64,000 nt of DNA from Eledone cirrhosa (lineage: Eukaryota): positions 40,672,001-40,736,000 of the forward strand of contig OZ024750.1 of NCBI GenBank assembly GCA_964016885.1. The letters run 5' to 3'. Below, in pieces: positions 36,732-50,383 of this stretch. The notes under the pieces were generated by a model. The model saw nothing but the letters and a program-made list of their open reading frames with translations, did not search any database and was not told the DNA's origin. Both the position numbers and the translations under genes were made by a program. Each line of letters begins with the position of its first letter. Within the stretch, counting starts at the first letter, position 1.

Positions 36732-36764
36732 GTTAGTATTATTAACACCTATTAGATTATCCTC

Positions 36765-37510
36765 ATCCTCACCATCACCACCATCCTCACCATCACCACC
36801 ATCACCACCAACATCATCGTCATGATGATGATGTTGGTGATGATAATGTTGGTGGTGAGGATGGTGGTGATGGTGATGTTGGTGATGGTGATGGTGTTGG
36901 TGGTGAGGATGGTGGTGATGTTGGTGGTGAGGATGATGTTGGTGGTGATGTTGGTGGTGGTGATGTTGGTGGTGATGATGATGTTGGTGGTGATGATGTT
37001 GGTGGTGATGATGTTGGTGGTGAGGATGGTGGTGGTGGTGGTGAGGATGTTGGTGGTGAGGATGGTGATGATGATGATGGTGATGGTGGTGGTGATGATG
37101 ATGGTGGTGGTGATGATGATGGTGATGATGATGTTGGTGGTGATGGTGGTGATGATGGTGGTGATGTTGGTGGTGGTGAGGATGGTGGTGGTGGTGCTGC
37201 TTGCAGTGGTCATGCTGATGGTGGTGGTGGTGCTGTAGAGGTACCGTAGTGATATATAATGTCTCTTGGCAAAGTCCATCTCCTCTCCAGATCTGAATAG
37301 AGGCTGATTTCTTCCAAAGAGGAAGAGGAAGTGAGGAAGCGATTTAGAGGAAGTGAGGAAGAGATTTAGAGGAAGAGGAAGTGAGGAAGAGATTTAGAGG
37401 AGGAGGAAGTGAGGAAGAGATTTAGAGGAAGAGGAAGTGCGGAAGAGATGAAGAGGAAGTGAGGAAGAGATTTAGAGGAAGGGGAAGTGAGGAAGAGATT
37501 TAGAGGAAGA
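36765..37510. repeat. (GGT/GAT)n triplet tract followed by a purine-rich GAGGAAGTGAGGAAGAGATTTA repeat
   Basis: Directly visible. Confidence 0.9.
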
Positions 37511-37705
37511 CTCAACCCCAGTACTAGACTGGTATTTATCAACCTCGAAAGGGTGAAAAGTAAAGTTGACCTTGGTGGGATTTGAACTCAGAACATAGAG
37601 AGGTAGAACAAATACTGCAAAACCTTCTCTCTGCCAATTCACCATCTTTTTATGTGTATTTTTATATAAAAATCTGCTATAATAATTTTATGTAAGAACT
37701 TTTAA

Positions 37706-38273
37706 CCCTTTAGCATTTAAACCAGCTGTATCCGGCCAGAATTTTTACACCTCTTTCTGTTTAAACCGACTGTAATCGGCTGCTCATACTGATGTTAAGG
37801 TATTGTTCTCAAAATAAATAGTAACAAAATCTCATAGATTCAATATCATGTGAGATAAAGCCTTTACCGTGAAAATACAATAGTTAATATAGAGTAATGT
37901 AAATGTTATGTGAGATATTATGTGAGGTAAAGCCTTTATTGTAAAAATATAATAGTAAATATAGAGTAATGTAAATGTTATGTGAGATATTATGTGAGGT
38001 AAAGACTTTACTGTGAAAATATAATAGTATATATAGAGTAATGTAAATGTTATGTGAGATATTATGTGAAGTAAAGCCTTTACTGTGAAAATACAATAGT
38101 AAATATAGAGTAATGTAAATGTTATGTGAGATATTATGTGAGGTAAAGCCTTTACTGTGAAAATACAATAGTATATATAGAGTAATGTAAATGTTATGTG
38201 AGATATTATGTAAGGTAAAGCCTTTACTGTGAAAATACAATAGTATATATAGAGTTACATAAACGGTAAAGGG
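37706..38273 (-). mobile_element. Same MITE family, empty, about 5-6 repeat units
   Basis: TTAA|CCCTTTAGCATTTA ... GGTAAAGGG|TTAA with an internal 72-bp array. Confidence 0.88.
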
Positions 38274-39265
38274 TTAAGTTACATTCCAAACACCAGATAA
38301 TGTCAACTATGCCTTCTTTCGACACTAGGTCTACCAAGATAAATTTCTCTTACTCTGAACACAGAAATATGTTAGTATATATGATGATGATGATCATCAT
38401 CATCATTTTACGTCTGCTTTTCCCTGCTTGCAAGGTTTGGACAGGTCTTATTCAGCACAGCATCTCTCCACTTGTCCCGGTTCTTTGTCATCTCCTCGGT
38501 GAGTTTCAGCGATCTGAGGTCTGCTCTCACCACCTCCACCCATGTTTTTTGTGGTCTTCCTCTACTGCGTCTTCCCTCCACTGGGACTTCCTGGCACTTC
38601 TTCACCCATCGGTCATCCTCCATGATGTATATATATAATGTACTTCAACCTTTGCTAGAAGGAAAACAGATGTTAAATAATCTCTTCTATCTCTGCCAAT
38701 ATACTTCATTGTTTTATTGTTAATCCCCTCTTATTGGGATAATCTTGATTATTTCTTCTTACAATGTTAATGGTGGTACTTCATTGGTTTCCAAAACACG
38801 GTGGGGGGGGGGGGGGGGGCGCTACTTATACTTTAATATATACAGAAACTAAAAAGTCTAAAGTCTATCTTGAAGCTCATCAGGCAGGTGTTTATCCCGG
38901 TTTCTGTGGCATGAAGCGATTAAGAGTTTTAAACTTCCCTTGGACAAGATGCCAGTCCATCACAGGGTTAAATCTCTAGCTATTGTTGGTAGTAATTTTT
39001 AGCTGAGTATACTCGAACAATGTGAAATGAAGTGTTTTGCTCAAGAACACAACACAACCCAGCCCACAACATTATTATTAGTCCAACACCCTTACAACTA
39101 GGCCACACCCCTGCATTAGTCCAACACCCTTACCACTAGGCCACGCTCTCCTCCAGTCCAACACCCTTATAACTAGGCCACACCCCTGCATTAGTCCAAC
39201 ACCCTTACCACTAGGTCACGCCCCTCCACTTATATTAACTGACCTGATTTATTTCCTATTTCCAG

Positions 39266-39362
39266 GCATGCTATGATCGGTTTTTAAATCCAGTTGGTGT
39301 CCCTCATAAAGAACAACGTCATCATCTTTGTCAATGGTTAGAAGTCAGTAAGGAAGTTAATG
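39266..39362 (+). CDS. LETMD1: LETMD1-like exon 8 (terminal exon not found in window)
   Basis: ttccag|...|gtaagt. Encodes ACYDRFLNPVGVPHKEQRHHLCQWLEVSKEVN; compare LETMD1 ACYLRGLN...LGEWLQIS. Confidence 0.9.
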
Positions 39363-39627
39363 GTAAGTCATTCTAAACATATGTTGTTGTTGTTCCTGTT
39401 TAAATAAATGATATATGCTATATTACAAACTGTGTTATGGTGCTGTCTTATTGTCATTACTTCAGCAGATTTTCTTGTTTTTGATGAATTCCTTAATTGC
39501 TTCAAATAATTTTGTCTTGTTGAAGAATCTATTTTTGACGGTAACATGTTTATGTCAAACCTCTTTTAAAATGTCAACTGTTGTTTTGTTCCTCACTGAC
39601 AGTTAAAGCATTGATCCAGTTTTTCCT

Positions 39628-40147
39628 GGCTGCCTTGACCCTGAACAGTCAAAGTACTGGCTACCTTGACCAATGACAGTCAATATACTGGTTACCTTGA
39701 CCAATGATAGTCAGTGTACTAGCTACCTTGACCAATGACAACCAGTGTACTGGCTACCTTGACCAATGACAGTCAGTGTACTAGCTACCTTGACCAATGA
39801 CAGTCAGTGTACAGCTACCTTGACCAACGACAGTCAGTGTACTAGCTACCTTGACCAATGACAGTCAATATACTGGCTACCTTGACCAATGACGGTCAAT
39901 ATACTGGTTACCTTGACCAATGACAGTCAGTGTACTAGCTACCTTGACCAATGACAGTCAGTGTGCTGGTTACCTTGACCAATGACAGTCGGTGTACTGG
40001 CTACCTTGACCAATGATAGTCAGTGTACTAGCTACCTTGACCAATGACAGTCAGTATACTGGTTACCTTGACCAATGACAGTCAGTGTACTAGCTACCTT
40101 GACCAATGACAACAGTGTACTAGCTACCTTGACCAATGACAGTCAGA
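39628..40147. repeat. 31-bp minisatellite, about 17 copies
   Basis: Unit GCTACCTTGACCAATGACAGTCAGTGTACT(A/G). Confidence 0.92.
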
Positions 40148-40271
40148 ATAGCCACCAGTTTCATTGAAGATGTCCACAACATGTTGACCACCAGTTACTG
40201 ACCATCTAACTGCAGTAACTATGGCTTGATATGGACATTTCAGTTTATGAAGTTGGACATTTCTTAATTGT

Positions 40272-40836
40272 ATGTCTGGTGATAAACCTTCCATTTAACC
40301 ATCACAATCATATATCTGGTGATAAACCTTTCTATTTAACCATCACAATCATATATCTAGTGATAAACCTTTCTATTTAACCATCACAATCATATATCTG
40401 GTGATAAACCTTTCTATTTAACAATCACAATCATATATCTGGTGATAAACCTTCCATTTAACCATCACAATCATATATCTGGTGATAAACCTTCCATTTA
40501 ACCATCACAATCATATATCTGGTGATAAACCTTCCATTTAACCATCACAATCACATATCTGATGATAAAACCTTTTATTTAACCATCACATTCACATATC
40601 TCATGATAAAACCTTTTATTTAATCATCACATTCACATATCTCATGATAAAACTTTCTATTTAACCATCACATTCACATATCTGATGATAAAACCTTTTA
40701 TTTAACCATCACATTCACATATCTCATGATAAAACTTTTTATTTAACTATCACAATCACATATCTGATGATAAAACCTTTTATTTAACCATCACAATCAC
40801 ATATCTGGTGATAAACCTTTCATTTAACCATCACAA
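40272..40836. repeat. 40/41-bp minisatellite, about 14 copies
   Basis: Unit ATATCTGGTGATAAACCTTCCATTTAACCATCACAATCAT. Confidence 0.92.
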
Positions 40837-42444
40837 CAGATCTTAAGATAACAAGATCAATTAGTTATTTCTAGTTTACCTGAGTTAGAATATAATATCG
40901 AACATGATATCGATTTAAATAGTCTCGCACTTCCGTTTATCACGTAAAACTATTAATTTTATTTTTAGTTAATTACCTCCCTTTGATTAAATATTATCTC
41001 CCTTTAGTGTGGGGATATAACTGGAAACGCGTACATTTAAACACATACGATAATGATTTCCGATTTAGGCACAAAACCAACAATTTTGGGAGGGGGGCAA
41101 GTCGATTAAATCGACCTCAGTGTGCTACTGGTATTTTATTTTATCGACTCCAGAGGATGAAAGGCAAAGCTAACCTCGGCGGCATGTGAAATCAGAACGT
41201 AAAGGGCCATAACTACATACTGCAAAACATGGTGTCTGACGCTCTACCAATTACTGCCAATCCACCGATTGCGGTATACAATAATTGTTTCTACTTTTGG
41301 CACGCCAGCAAATTACCCCAGTGCATTACTGGTACTTTATTTTATCGACCCTGTAAGGATAAAATGCAAAGCTTAAACTCGGCCGGATTTGAACTCAGAA
41401 CGTAAAGGGCCACAACTATATGCCACCAAGCATAATGTCCGACGCTCTACAGATTCTGGCAATCCACCTCCCTTCCCGTTTGTAATAAGCCTGTCATTAT
41501 CGAAATTAATCTAGCCTCACTTGTCTCCCTTTTATTGGCTTCACGAGATTTTCACAGTTGCGTCCCTTACGTTATAAATATCACTCTTTAATTCTTAACG
41601 TCCTGTACCACTCGAAACCGCATTAGGAAGACATTCTTGAACAGTACAAAACAACACTATGACTGCATCACATTAAAAATGAAAGTCTCTGTTTTAATTC
41701 ATTGAACATTTTCCCTACGACCTGTCCACTATTAGAGATACTACAATTATTTGAATTAACATATTTCCTGCTAAATCATTACATGATGTCAAGTATTAAA
41801 GCACTTAATTTTGTCTCCCTAATGAGATGGAGTTTGTTTTTCTTTCATTCAAACTTTTGAACCACCGCCCCACTCACAGCCACGTAATACCCTCAGCACC
41901 CCCACCCCTATTTCCAGAGAGACCTACCTACATACAAATTGTAAATAATATATAAATAAAATTGTTAATTAATATATACTATGTATATATTTTTTATTTT
42001 ACTATATTTATATATAATGTATATCATTTGATATTTAATATACTATTATATCATCTCTACTGCCCCTACCACTCTCTGGACCTTCTTAGCGGCCCCAGCG
42101 TGCGGTAGCACCCACTTTGAGAACCTCTGCTCTAGGAGAGATAAATTAAACGCCAGAGTGGCATCAACATCTATTTAGTGATCTAAATAGAGCCAAACGT
42201 ATCTCCCTATCACAAGAAGTTGAACCAGGTGTAAAACACAATGTATTTATCAACACATCTTCAAAATCAATTAAGTTTTAAAAAAAGAAACCATGTCAGT
42301 TTTTCTTACAAAGTAAAAAAAAAAAACATTTTAACAAATCGTAAATAGTTAAACATACATTTCTTTTATCAGGTAAAAGTATTTTTTATGTTTATGTGAA
42401 GAGGTGTAGAAGATTATCTGGTTAAATTACCTTTGGTTTGTTAA

Positions 42445-43190
42445 CCCTTTAGCAGTTACATTACTCTATATATACTATTGTATTTTCACAGTAAAGGCTT
42501 TACCTCACATAATATCTCACATAACATTTACATTATTCTATATATACTATTGTATTTTCACAGTAAAGGCTTTACCTCACATAATATCTCACATAACATT
42601 TACATTATTCTATATATACTATTGTATTTTCACAGTAAAGGTTTTACCTCACATAATATCTCACATAACATTTACATTACTCTATATATACTATTGTATT
42701 TTCACAGTAAAGGCTTTACCTCACATAATATCTCACATAACATTTACATTACTCTATATATACTATTGTATTTTCACAGTAAAGGCTTTAAACCTCACAT
42801 AATATCTCACATAACATTTACATTACTCTATATTTACTATTGTATTTTCACAGTAAAGGTTTTACCTCACATAATATCTCGCATAACATTTACATTACTC
42901 TATATATACTATTGTATTTTCACAGTAAAGGCTTTACCTCACAATATCTCGCATAACATTTACATTACTCTATATATACTATTGTATTTTCACAGTAAAG
43001 GCTTTACCTCACAAAATTATCTCACATAACATTTACATTACTCTATATATACTATTGTATTTTCACAGTAAAGGCTTTACCGCACAAAATTATCTCACAT
43101 AATATCGAATCTATGAGATTTTGATATTATTTATTTTGAGAACAACATCAGTATGAGTGGCCAGTTACGGCTGGTTTGAACAGAAAGAGG
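42445..43190 (+). mobile_element. Same MITE family, empty, about 9 repeat units, right end truncated
   Basis: TTAA|CCCTTTAGCAGTTA, then the 72-bp array, then the unique tail ending AAAGAGG|TTAA. Confidence 0.85.
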
Positions 43191-45669
43191 TTAAATTATC
43201 TTTGGTATTTTAAGAAGTGTATATGACTAATTACAAAGATAGGGTGTCAGACTAAATCAGAATCTGCCCCCAACACGTTACTGTAAGCATGACTAAGGTT
43301 GTTACTTTGAGTTGATTCTACCTATACAACTGTAAATAAAAATGTCTGTATCACGACAGCATGTCACAACAGCATCCCAAGATATACCGTGTGTCAGGAC
43401 TGTGCCACAAGACATGCCATGTGTCAGGACTGTGCCACAAGACATGTTGTATGTCAGGATGGCACTCCAAGACTTGTCATGTATCACAACAATGGAACTC
43501 CACAACAATGGAATTCCATGTCAACAAAGGAGACTTAGTTTAAGAAACACAACAAAATTAATCCTAGTCTCTTCTCCCTGCTTCTTCATTCATTTTCATC
43601 TGACACCAGCTAGGCTTATGACCTGTCATACCTATGACCTATCAAGCCTATGACCTATCAAGCCTATGACCTGTCAAGCCTATGATCTGTCAGGTCTGAA
43701 TTTCAAGAACAAGGCCTTCTCTTTTATTTTACATCATTGGCTTGGCCTGTCATAACTAATACCACCAATGTTGTCCAAGGGAGAGCCAAAGACTGATTCA
43801 GCTTGGCACAGTAACATCACATCATCATCATCATTTCATCATTTCATTTTACGTCCGCTTTTTCCCTGCTTGCAAGGGAGGGACGGGAACTGATTCTGGC
43901 TGATTTCTACAGGTGGATGCCCTTCCTAACACCAACCTCATTCACAGTGAGTGCTGGGTGCTTTCTTTTTCCGTGGCGCCTACACATCCACTTTACAGTG
44001 TGGGCTGGGTGCTTTTTTGCTGTGGCACCTCCACGACCACTTTGCAGTGGAATGATAGGGACCCCAGTCCCTATCATCTCATTCCTACAGCTGAGTAAAC
44101 TGGAGCAATGTGAAATAAAGTGTCTTGCTCAAGGAAACAACACATCACCCGGTCTGAGAATTGAACTCACAACCTTTCGATTGCAAGGCCAATGCTCTAA
44201 CCACCAAGCCATGTGCCTCCACATATATATATATATCATCATCATCATCATCATCATTTTATGTCCACTTTTCCCTGCTTGCAAGGGTGGGACGGGTCTT
44301 ATTCAGCACAGCATCTCTCCACTCGTCACAGTCCCTCGTCATCTCCACCGTTAGCTTCAATGATCTGAGGTCTGTTCTCACCACCTCCGCCCATGTTTTT
44401 CATGGTCTACCTCTACCACGTCTTCCTTCAACTGGCAATATATATATATGTGTGTTGGATGCTTAAAGCGTCCGTATGCGGTAGGCCATAATATGTCCAA
44501 TAAATTCCATTCGTCACAACACTGGTTCTCTTTTTTTCTGTGATATATATATATATATATATACAATGTTGTTCAAGGGAAAGGCAAAGACTGATACAGC
44601 ATGGCACCAGTGATGTTGTGACTGATACAGCTTGGCACCAGTGATGTTATGACTGATTTCTACAGCTGAGTGAACTGGTGGAATGTAAAATAAAGTGTCT
44701 TGCTCAAGAACACAACGTATCATCAAGTTTGAAAATCAAACCCACAACCTTACGGTTGTTAATCTCTCTACCCACTAAGCTAACCTTCACTGCCTGCTTC
44801 ATCAATATTAATCTATTGAACCAAATATTGATAAATATTTATAGATGTACTTTAATTGTTCACAGAGAAATCCTTTTTTTTTTTTTTTTTTTCATATAGT
44901 TATTGTTGCATGTCACTTGAGTGAGAGTTGGGAATGACACATACTTTCATTGAGTGTCACTTGAGAAGGTTGGGAATGACTCACACTTTCATTGAGTGTC
45001 ACTTGAGAGGGAAGAATAACATCCTTTTATCTTTGTAGTCTGTCATTGAGTGAGAGTTGGGAATGATTTAGTCTTCATTGAGTGTCACTTGAAAGGGAAG
45101 AATGACTTTCAATTAGATGAAATGAAAGTATGGTGAAGTAATTATCACCTATTTCAGCTTTTAAAAAAATACACCAAATTTTAACACCACAAAATAAATG
45201 AAAAGTGTTTACCTTGTTTTGTTTTTTTTTAATGACTAAAATGTAATTGCTTCAGTTTGAACACATGGTCTCAAATGAAGTCACTAAATATATGCAACTT
45301 TGAAACTGCCACAGTTACTGCGTACTGACATGAAATTTAATGCTGGAAACTGTCAGACATTTTTACTATTGTTAACTATATAGGCTTTATATGAACAGGG
45401 TAGGACTGTGTAAGATGCTGTGAAGGCAACCTGCCTAGGAGAGTAGTCACTCGGTTAAAAACTAATAGAGGGTAGAGAGGACTGTGTAAGATGTGAAGGC
45501 AACCTACCTAGGAGAGCAGTCACTCAGTTAAAAACTAACACAGTGAAATTCCGTTATAATGAAATTCACGGGGTATAAACAAATTTGTTGTAACGAAGAA
45601 TTCTTTATAACGAGATCAACCAAAACAAATTGAGCGTTTGTTTGTTATTACCTTGGGGATTAAAAAAAA

Positions 45670-46193
45670 AGTAGCAGCTCTACCTGGAGTGACTCTCCAG
45701 TGATTCTTTCCTGAGACATTCTAACCACATGTCCATAGTATCAGAGCTGTGGTCTCTCAATTCAGAGAAGTAGCAACTCTACCTGAAGTGACTCTCTAGT
45801 GATTCTTTCCTGAGACATTCTAACCACATATCCATAGTATCAGAGCTGTGGTCTCTCAATTCAGAGAAGTAGCAACTCTACCTGGAGTGACTCTCCAGTG
45901 ATTCTTTCCTGAGACATTCTAACCACATATCCATAGTATCAGAGCTGTGGTCTCTCAATTCAGAAAAGTAGCAGCTCTACCTGGAGTGACTCTCCAGTGA
46001 TTCTTTCCTGAGACATTCTAACCACATATCCATAGTATCAGAGCAGTGATCTCTCAATTCAGAGAAGTAGCAGCTCTACCTGGAGTGACTCTCCAGTGAT
46101 TCTTTCCTGAGATATTCTAACCACATATCCATAGTATCAGAGCAGTGATCTCTCAATTCAGAGAAGTAGTGGTTCTACCTGGAGTGACTCTCT
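45670..46193. repeat. 99-bp minisatellite, about 5 copies
   Basis: GTAGC recurs at 45671, 45770 and 45869 onward. Confidence 0.9.
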
Positions 46194-48463
46194 GGTCTCC
46201 GAGCTACGCACACTATTGAACAACTTAAGTGTCCTGACTAGCAATATAGGTTGGTGTACTAGAAACATGGTAGCCTGAGTAAAAATGAGAAGGAGAAAGT
46301 TTAGCGAGCTATCACCTCTACTGGCAGCAAAGAAATCCCTCTTCATGGGAAGGTTTGGTATGGCTGTTGTGTACAAAGTGCAATGTTACGTGATAGGGAA
46401 ACATGAGTAGTGGGTGGAGAGGATGGAAATAAATAAGGTGAGCACCCTTCATTAAATGTGTAATGTTAGACTACAGGAAAGACATAACACAAATAAACTG
46501 AGAGACAAACTGTGTATAAGAGAAAACAAATTTAATGTGCGAGAGAGAGGACTGCACTGGTGTGGACATGTGATGTGTATAGAGGAGGATAGTTGGATAA
46601 AGAAGTGCTAAGGAAGAGGAGGACTGGGGAACATACGACAAAAGTGTTGAAAGCTAGCAATCTGTGTGGAAGGAAGCTTAGAAAGAGGAGGATTGAGGGG
46701 GGGGGGGGGTATGATTAAAGTGTTGAAAGCTAATTTAAGAAATTTGGATCTTCTGAAAGAGATGATGAATGATTGTGACAAGTGGTGAGATGCTGTGTTG
46801 GGGGAGAACTCATTGAACCCATGAAAGCATGGCAAAATAGACATAAAATAAATGATTGAAATCCTCTGAATCTGTGAATATTTATGGAGTCTCTCCTATC
46901 ACAGCGTTTTTATCATTTAACTGAAGGAATTATTTATTTCTTATGTTTAAAATTATAAATTGAATTAATATAACTTTGGAAAATGATTGCCAAGACATTA
47001 TTCTAAGCACATCAGGATTAAGCTGCCACTGTGTTAAGTTGTTAATAAAATGTTGCTCCAGTATGTTAAGGGAATTGTTTTATTTCGGATATGAAATATA
47101 CTTTTAACACTTTACTTGCAGAATTTTAGGAAGATAGGTGTATTTTGTATATAAATACATGTTATGCATTTGGTGTCACTTTTACAAATTGAAGCAAAAC
47201 CAGTTAGCTACAATTTTGCAGTGTGTATGTATGTATATATATGTGTGTGTGTGTGTGTGTTTCAGTGACAAAAATCATCTACTTCTTCCACTGTAAACAT
47301 ATATTTAAGGAAATAAGATTTTTTTTCTGTGGGAATCATTCGCTTCCTTTCACATTTAATTTTCTCTGAGAGTGTCTTTGGAAAGAGAATATCTGTTGAG
47401 CTTGCTTTATCTGTGACTATAAAATGTCAATTTTGTTGTAATTAGCCATAGTTTTAGCATTATCCAGTCAAATTCTTAATTCCTCACTTTTATTTCATTC
47501 ATTTCTGCTTTCTTCTCCAGTTTTTTACATTCATTTGGTGGGTGAATTGAATTTAACCATTTAGAAATTATAATATTGTTTATTGTGAAACTTGCTTTTA
47601 TTCCCTTCATTTGTGTATTGGTTCTTCGTTAATTACATTTTGTAGAGTTAAAAAAAAAAAAAATTTAATTTCTTTGAAAAAATTTCATTCCTAAATTTTT
47701 GAAATAGGAAGTTGGTAAAAGCCACTTAACAAAGTAAAACTGGAGGAAAATAGATTTATTTGGTATTTGAAGAAAAAAATGACAGGTAAACTGTAAACAA
47801 GTGAAATATTATGACAGGTGCAAAGATGCACATCATGGCAGTGGAGTGCATCCTTGTGTTGATCATTCCATGAAACTCATAGCAATTGTTCATCTATGAT
47901 TACAGATGTCTAATAAGTATAGCTTCTTTAACCCCTTTGATACCAAACTACCTGATACTGCTCAGGATTTATCACACAAGGATGATAATCTTTAAATGTT
48001 TTGTTATTAAAGCCTGTCATCATAATTTTATTTTAGAATTTTTTTTCAAGAAATGCTTTTAACATCAACTTCTAAAAAAAATATAACTTAATTGTTTCAT
48101 TAGATTCCTTCAAATTCTTTGATTGTTTTTTAAATTAATTGAAACATATATGTAGTAATGAAGGTGTTAATATATCTTACTGTTGTGTCTACCAGACATC
48201 TTGATAAACACTGTTGCTTCTGTATTCTAGCAGCTCTTAACATCTCTTTCAACAGACAACACTGCTCTCTAATATATATGTTTGTATACACACATACACA
48301 CAACCCATGATAGCATGGAAAAATGGACATAAAAAGGTGATGATGATGATGATATATATATATACACAAACACATCAAGCGCTAAACTAATATATTCCTT
48401 CCATATACTGTACCGTTTGTGTTGTTATTTCTGTTTACCTTTTACATACACACACACACACAC

Positions 48464-48496
<33 letters not shown>

Positions 48497-49213
48497 ACAG
48501 ATGGCACTATCTATGTGAACCCTGTTTGATTTTCCCCATTCAATAGACTTCACTATGTACACTGTAAAATATTTTCCAACGTTTCGTCTCATGGCTATTA
48601 CAGACTCTCTTAATATCGGTTATCTAGCTTCTACCTTACTACTTTTATTTCCAATATGATTGATCGTAGTATTGATATATATATATTGATTTAGCACTAG
48701 TCAGCAAAGCAAATTTGAAAAGGGTGAACACATTTTTACATAGTGAGGTAGAAGAAAAAAAAGAAATGCTAACATAAACATTCTGTTATATATTGAGATG
48801 AAGTGTTAGCTCAGCAGCCTTTCTAAAAACAGTCAGAAAAAAGGGAAAAAAACTCACAGAAATGCCCCCATAATTTAAGAACCTAGTTACATCAGAATAA
48901 TTTACTTAATCTGTCATCAGTACAATTAGAGAGAAGAGAACTCTGAGAACGCATTTAAGATTATTTCTGAAAAAAAACAAAAACATTGGAAAACAAAATA
49001 AGCTACTTGTAAAAATCCCTGATTCTGACATAATATTCTCTCTGGCAGTCTGTTGAAATGGTAAAAGCAAGAAATAATTTAGAGCTTACTTTATCAAATG
49101 AAGCACAAAAGACAAACAGCTTTAACACATGTGGCATTATTGGTTATATGTGTAGATTAATGTGGTTTAAACTCAGAACCTTATGGTGGTGAAGCAACCT
49201 TACTACATGTTAA

Positions 49214-49507
49214 CCCTTTAGCATTTACATTACTCTATATATACTATTGTATTTTCGTGGTAAAGGCTTTATCTCACATAATATCTCACATAACATTTAC
49301 ATTACTCTATATATACTATTGTATTTTCGTGGTAAAGGCTTTATCTCAAAATAATTACTTCACATAATATGGAATCTATGAGATTTTGATGTTATTTATT
49401 TTGAGAACAATGCCTTAACTTCAGTATGAGTGGCCAGTTATGACTGGTTTGAACGGAAAAAGGTGAGAGAATTCTGGCCGGATATGGCTGGTTTAAATGC
49501 TAAAGGG
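49214..49507 (+). mobile_element. TTAA-flanked piggyBac-type MITE with internal 72-bp tandem repeat (empty, about 2 units)
   Basis: TTAA|CCCTTTAGCATTTA ... TAAATGCTAAAGGG|TTAA: perfect 14-bp TIRs and TTAA TSD; non-coding. Confidence 0.9.
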
Positions 49508-49675
49508 TTAAGTTAGGCTGATTGTTTAAGATGTTTACTTTACAACCATGTGGTCCCAGATTTCATCCCACTGTGTCACATCTTGGTCAAATGTCTCTTA
49601 TTATATAGCTTCAGGTTGACCAAAACCTTGTGGGTGAAATTGGGTAGACAGAAACTATTTGGGAGCTTATTGAAT

Positions 49676-50383
49676 CAGAGGCATAACTTGGGAAAATAGC
49701 CCCTATGGCAGGCAGTGAAACCGTGACCCCTGTCCAGAGGCATAACTTGGGAAAATAGCCTCTATGGCAGGCAGTGAAACCGTGACCCCTGTCCAGAGGC
49801 ATAACTTGGGAAAATAGCCTCTATGGCAGGCAGTGAAACCATGACCCCTGTCCAGAGGCATAACTTGGGAAAATAGCCTCTATGGCAGGCAGTGAAATTG
49901 TGACCCCTGCCCAGAGGCAAAACTAGGGAAAATAACCCCTATGGCAAGCAGTGAAATTGTGACCCCTGCCCAGAGGCATAACTAGGGAAAATAGCCCCTA
50001 TGGCAAGCAGTGAAATTGTGACCCCTGCCCAGAGGCATAACTAGGGAAAATAACCCCTATGGCAAGCAGTGAAATTGTGACCCCTGCCAGAGGCATAACT
50101 AGGGAAAATAGCCCCTATGGCAAGCAGTGAAATTGTAACCCCTGCCCAGAAGTATAACTAGGGAAAATAGCCCCTATGGCAAGCAGTGAAATTGTGACCC
50201 CTGCCCAGAGGTATAACTAGGGAAAATAGCCCCTATGGCAAGCAGTGAAATTGTGACCCCTGCCCAGAGGCATAACTAGGGAAAATAGCCCCTATGGCAA
50301 GCAGTGAAATTGTGACCCCTGCCCAAGGTATAACTAGGGAAAATAGCCCCTATGGCAAGCAGTGAAATTCCACCCCTGCCCAG
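49676..50383. repeat. 59-bp minisatellite, about 12 copies, two sub-types
   Basis: Unit CAGAGGCATAACT(T/A)GGGAAAATAGCCCCTATGGCA(G/A)GCAGTGAAA...CCCCTG. Confidence 0.92.

Noticed and set aside
36752-37279. Thr/Ile-rich and Met/Val-rich ORFs
   Set aside because: Triplet-repeat translations inside intron 7.
39628-40836. CRISPR-like appearance of the 31- and 40-bp arrays
   Set aside because: No unique spacers and no cas genes; these are plain tandem repeats in a eukaryotic intron.
42478-43029. ORFs with a 24-aa YFHSKGFTSHNISHNIYITLYILL repeat (also at 18819, 28463, 37884, 51016)
   Set aside because: A by-product of a stop-free frame in the 72-bp MITE repeat; no proper start, and some copies are frameshifted.
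45541-45625. Tigger/pogo-like terminal repeat CAGTGAAATTCCGTTATAA
   Set aside because: Only one end is visible, with no partner TIR or transposase.
47266-47440. Candidate terminal LETMD1 exon after ttcag
   Set aside because: The in-phase translation shows no similarity to the expected SLLLH..VLL C-terminus; other AG sites checked between 39.4 and 50 kb also failed.
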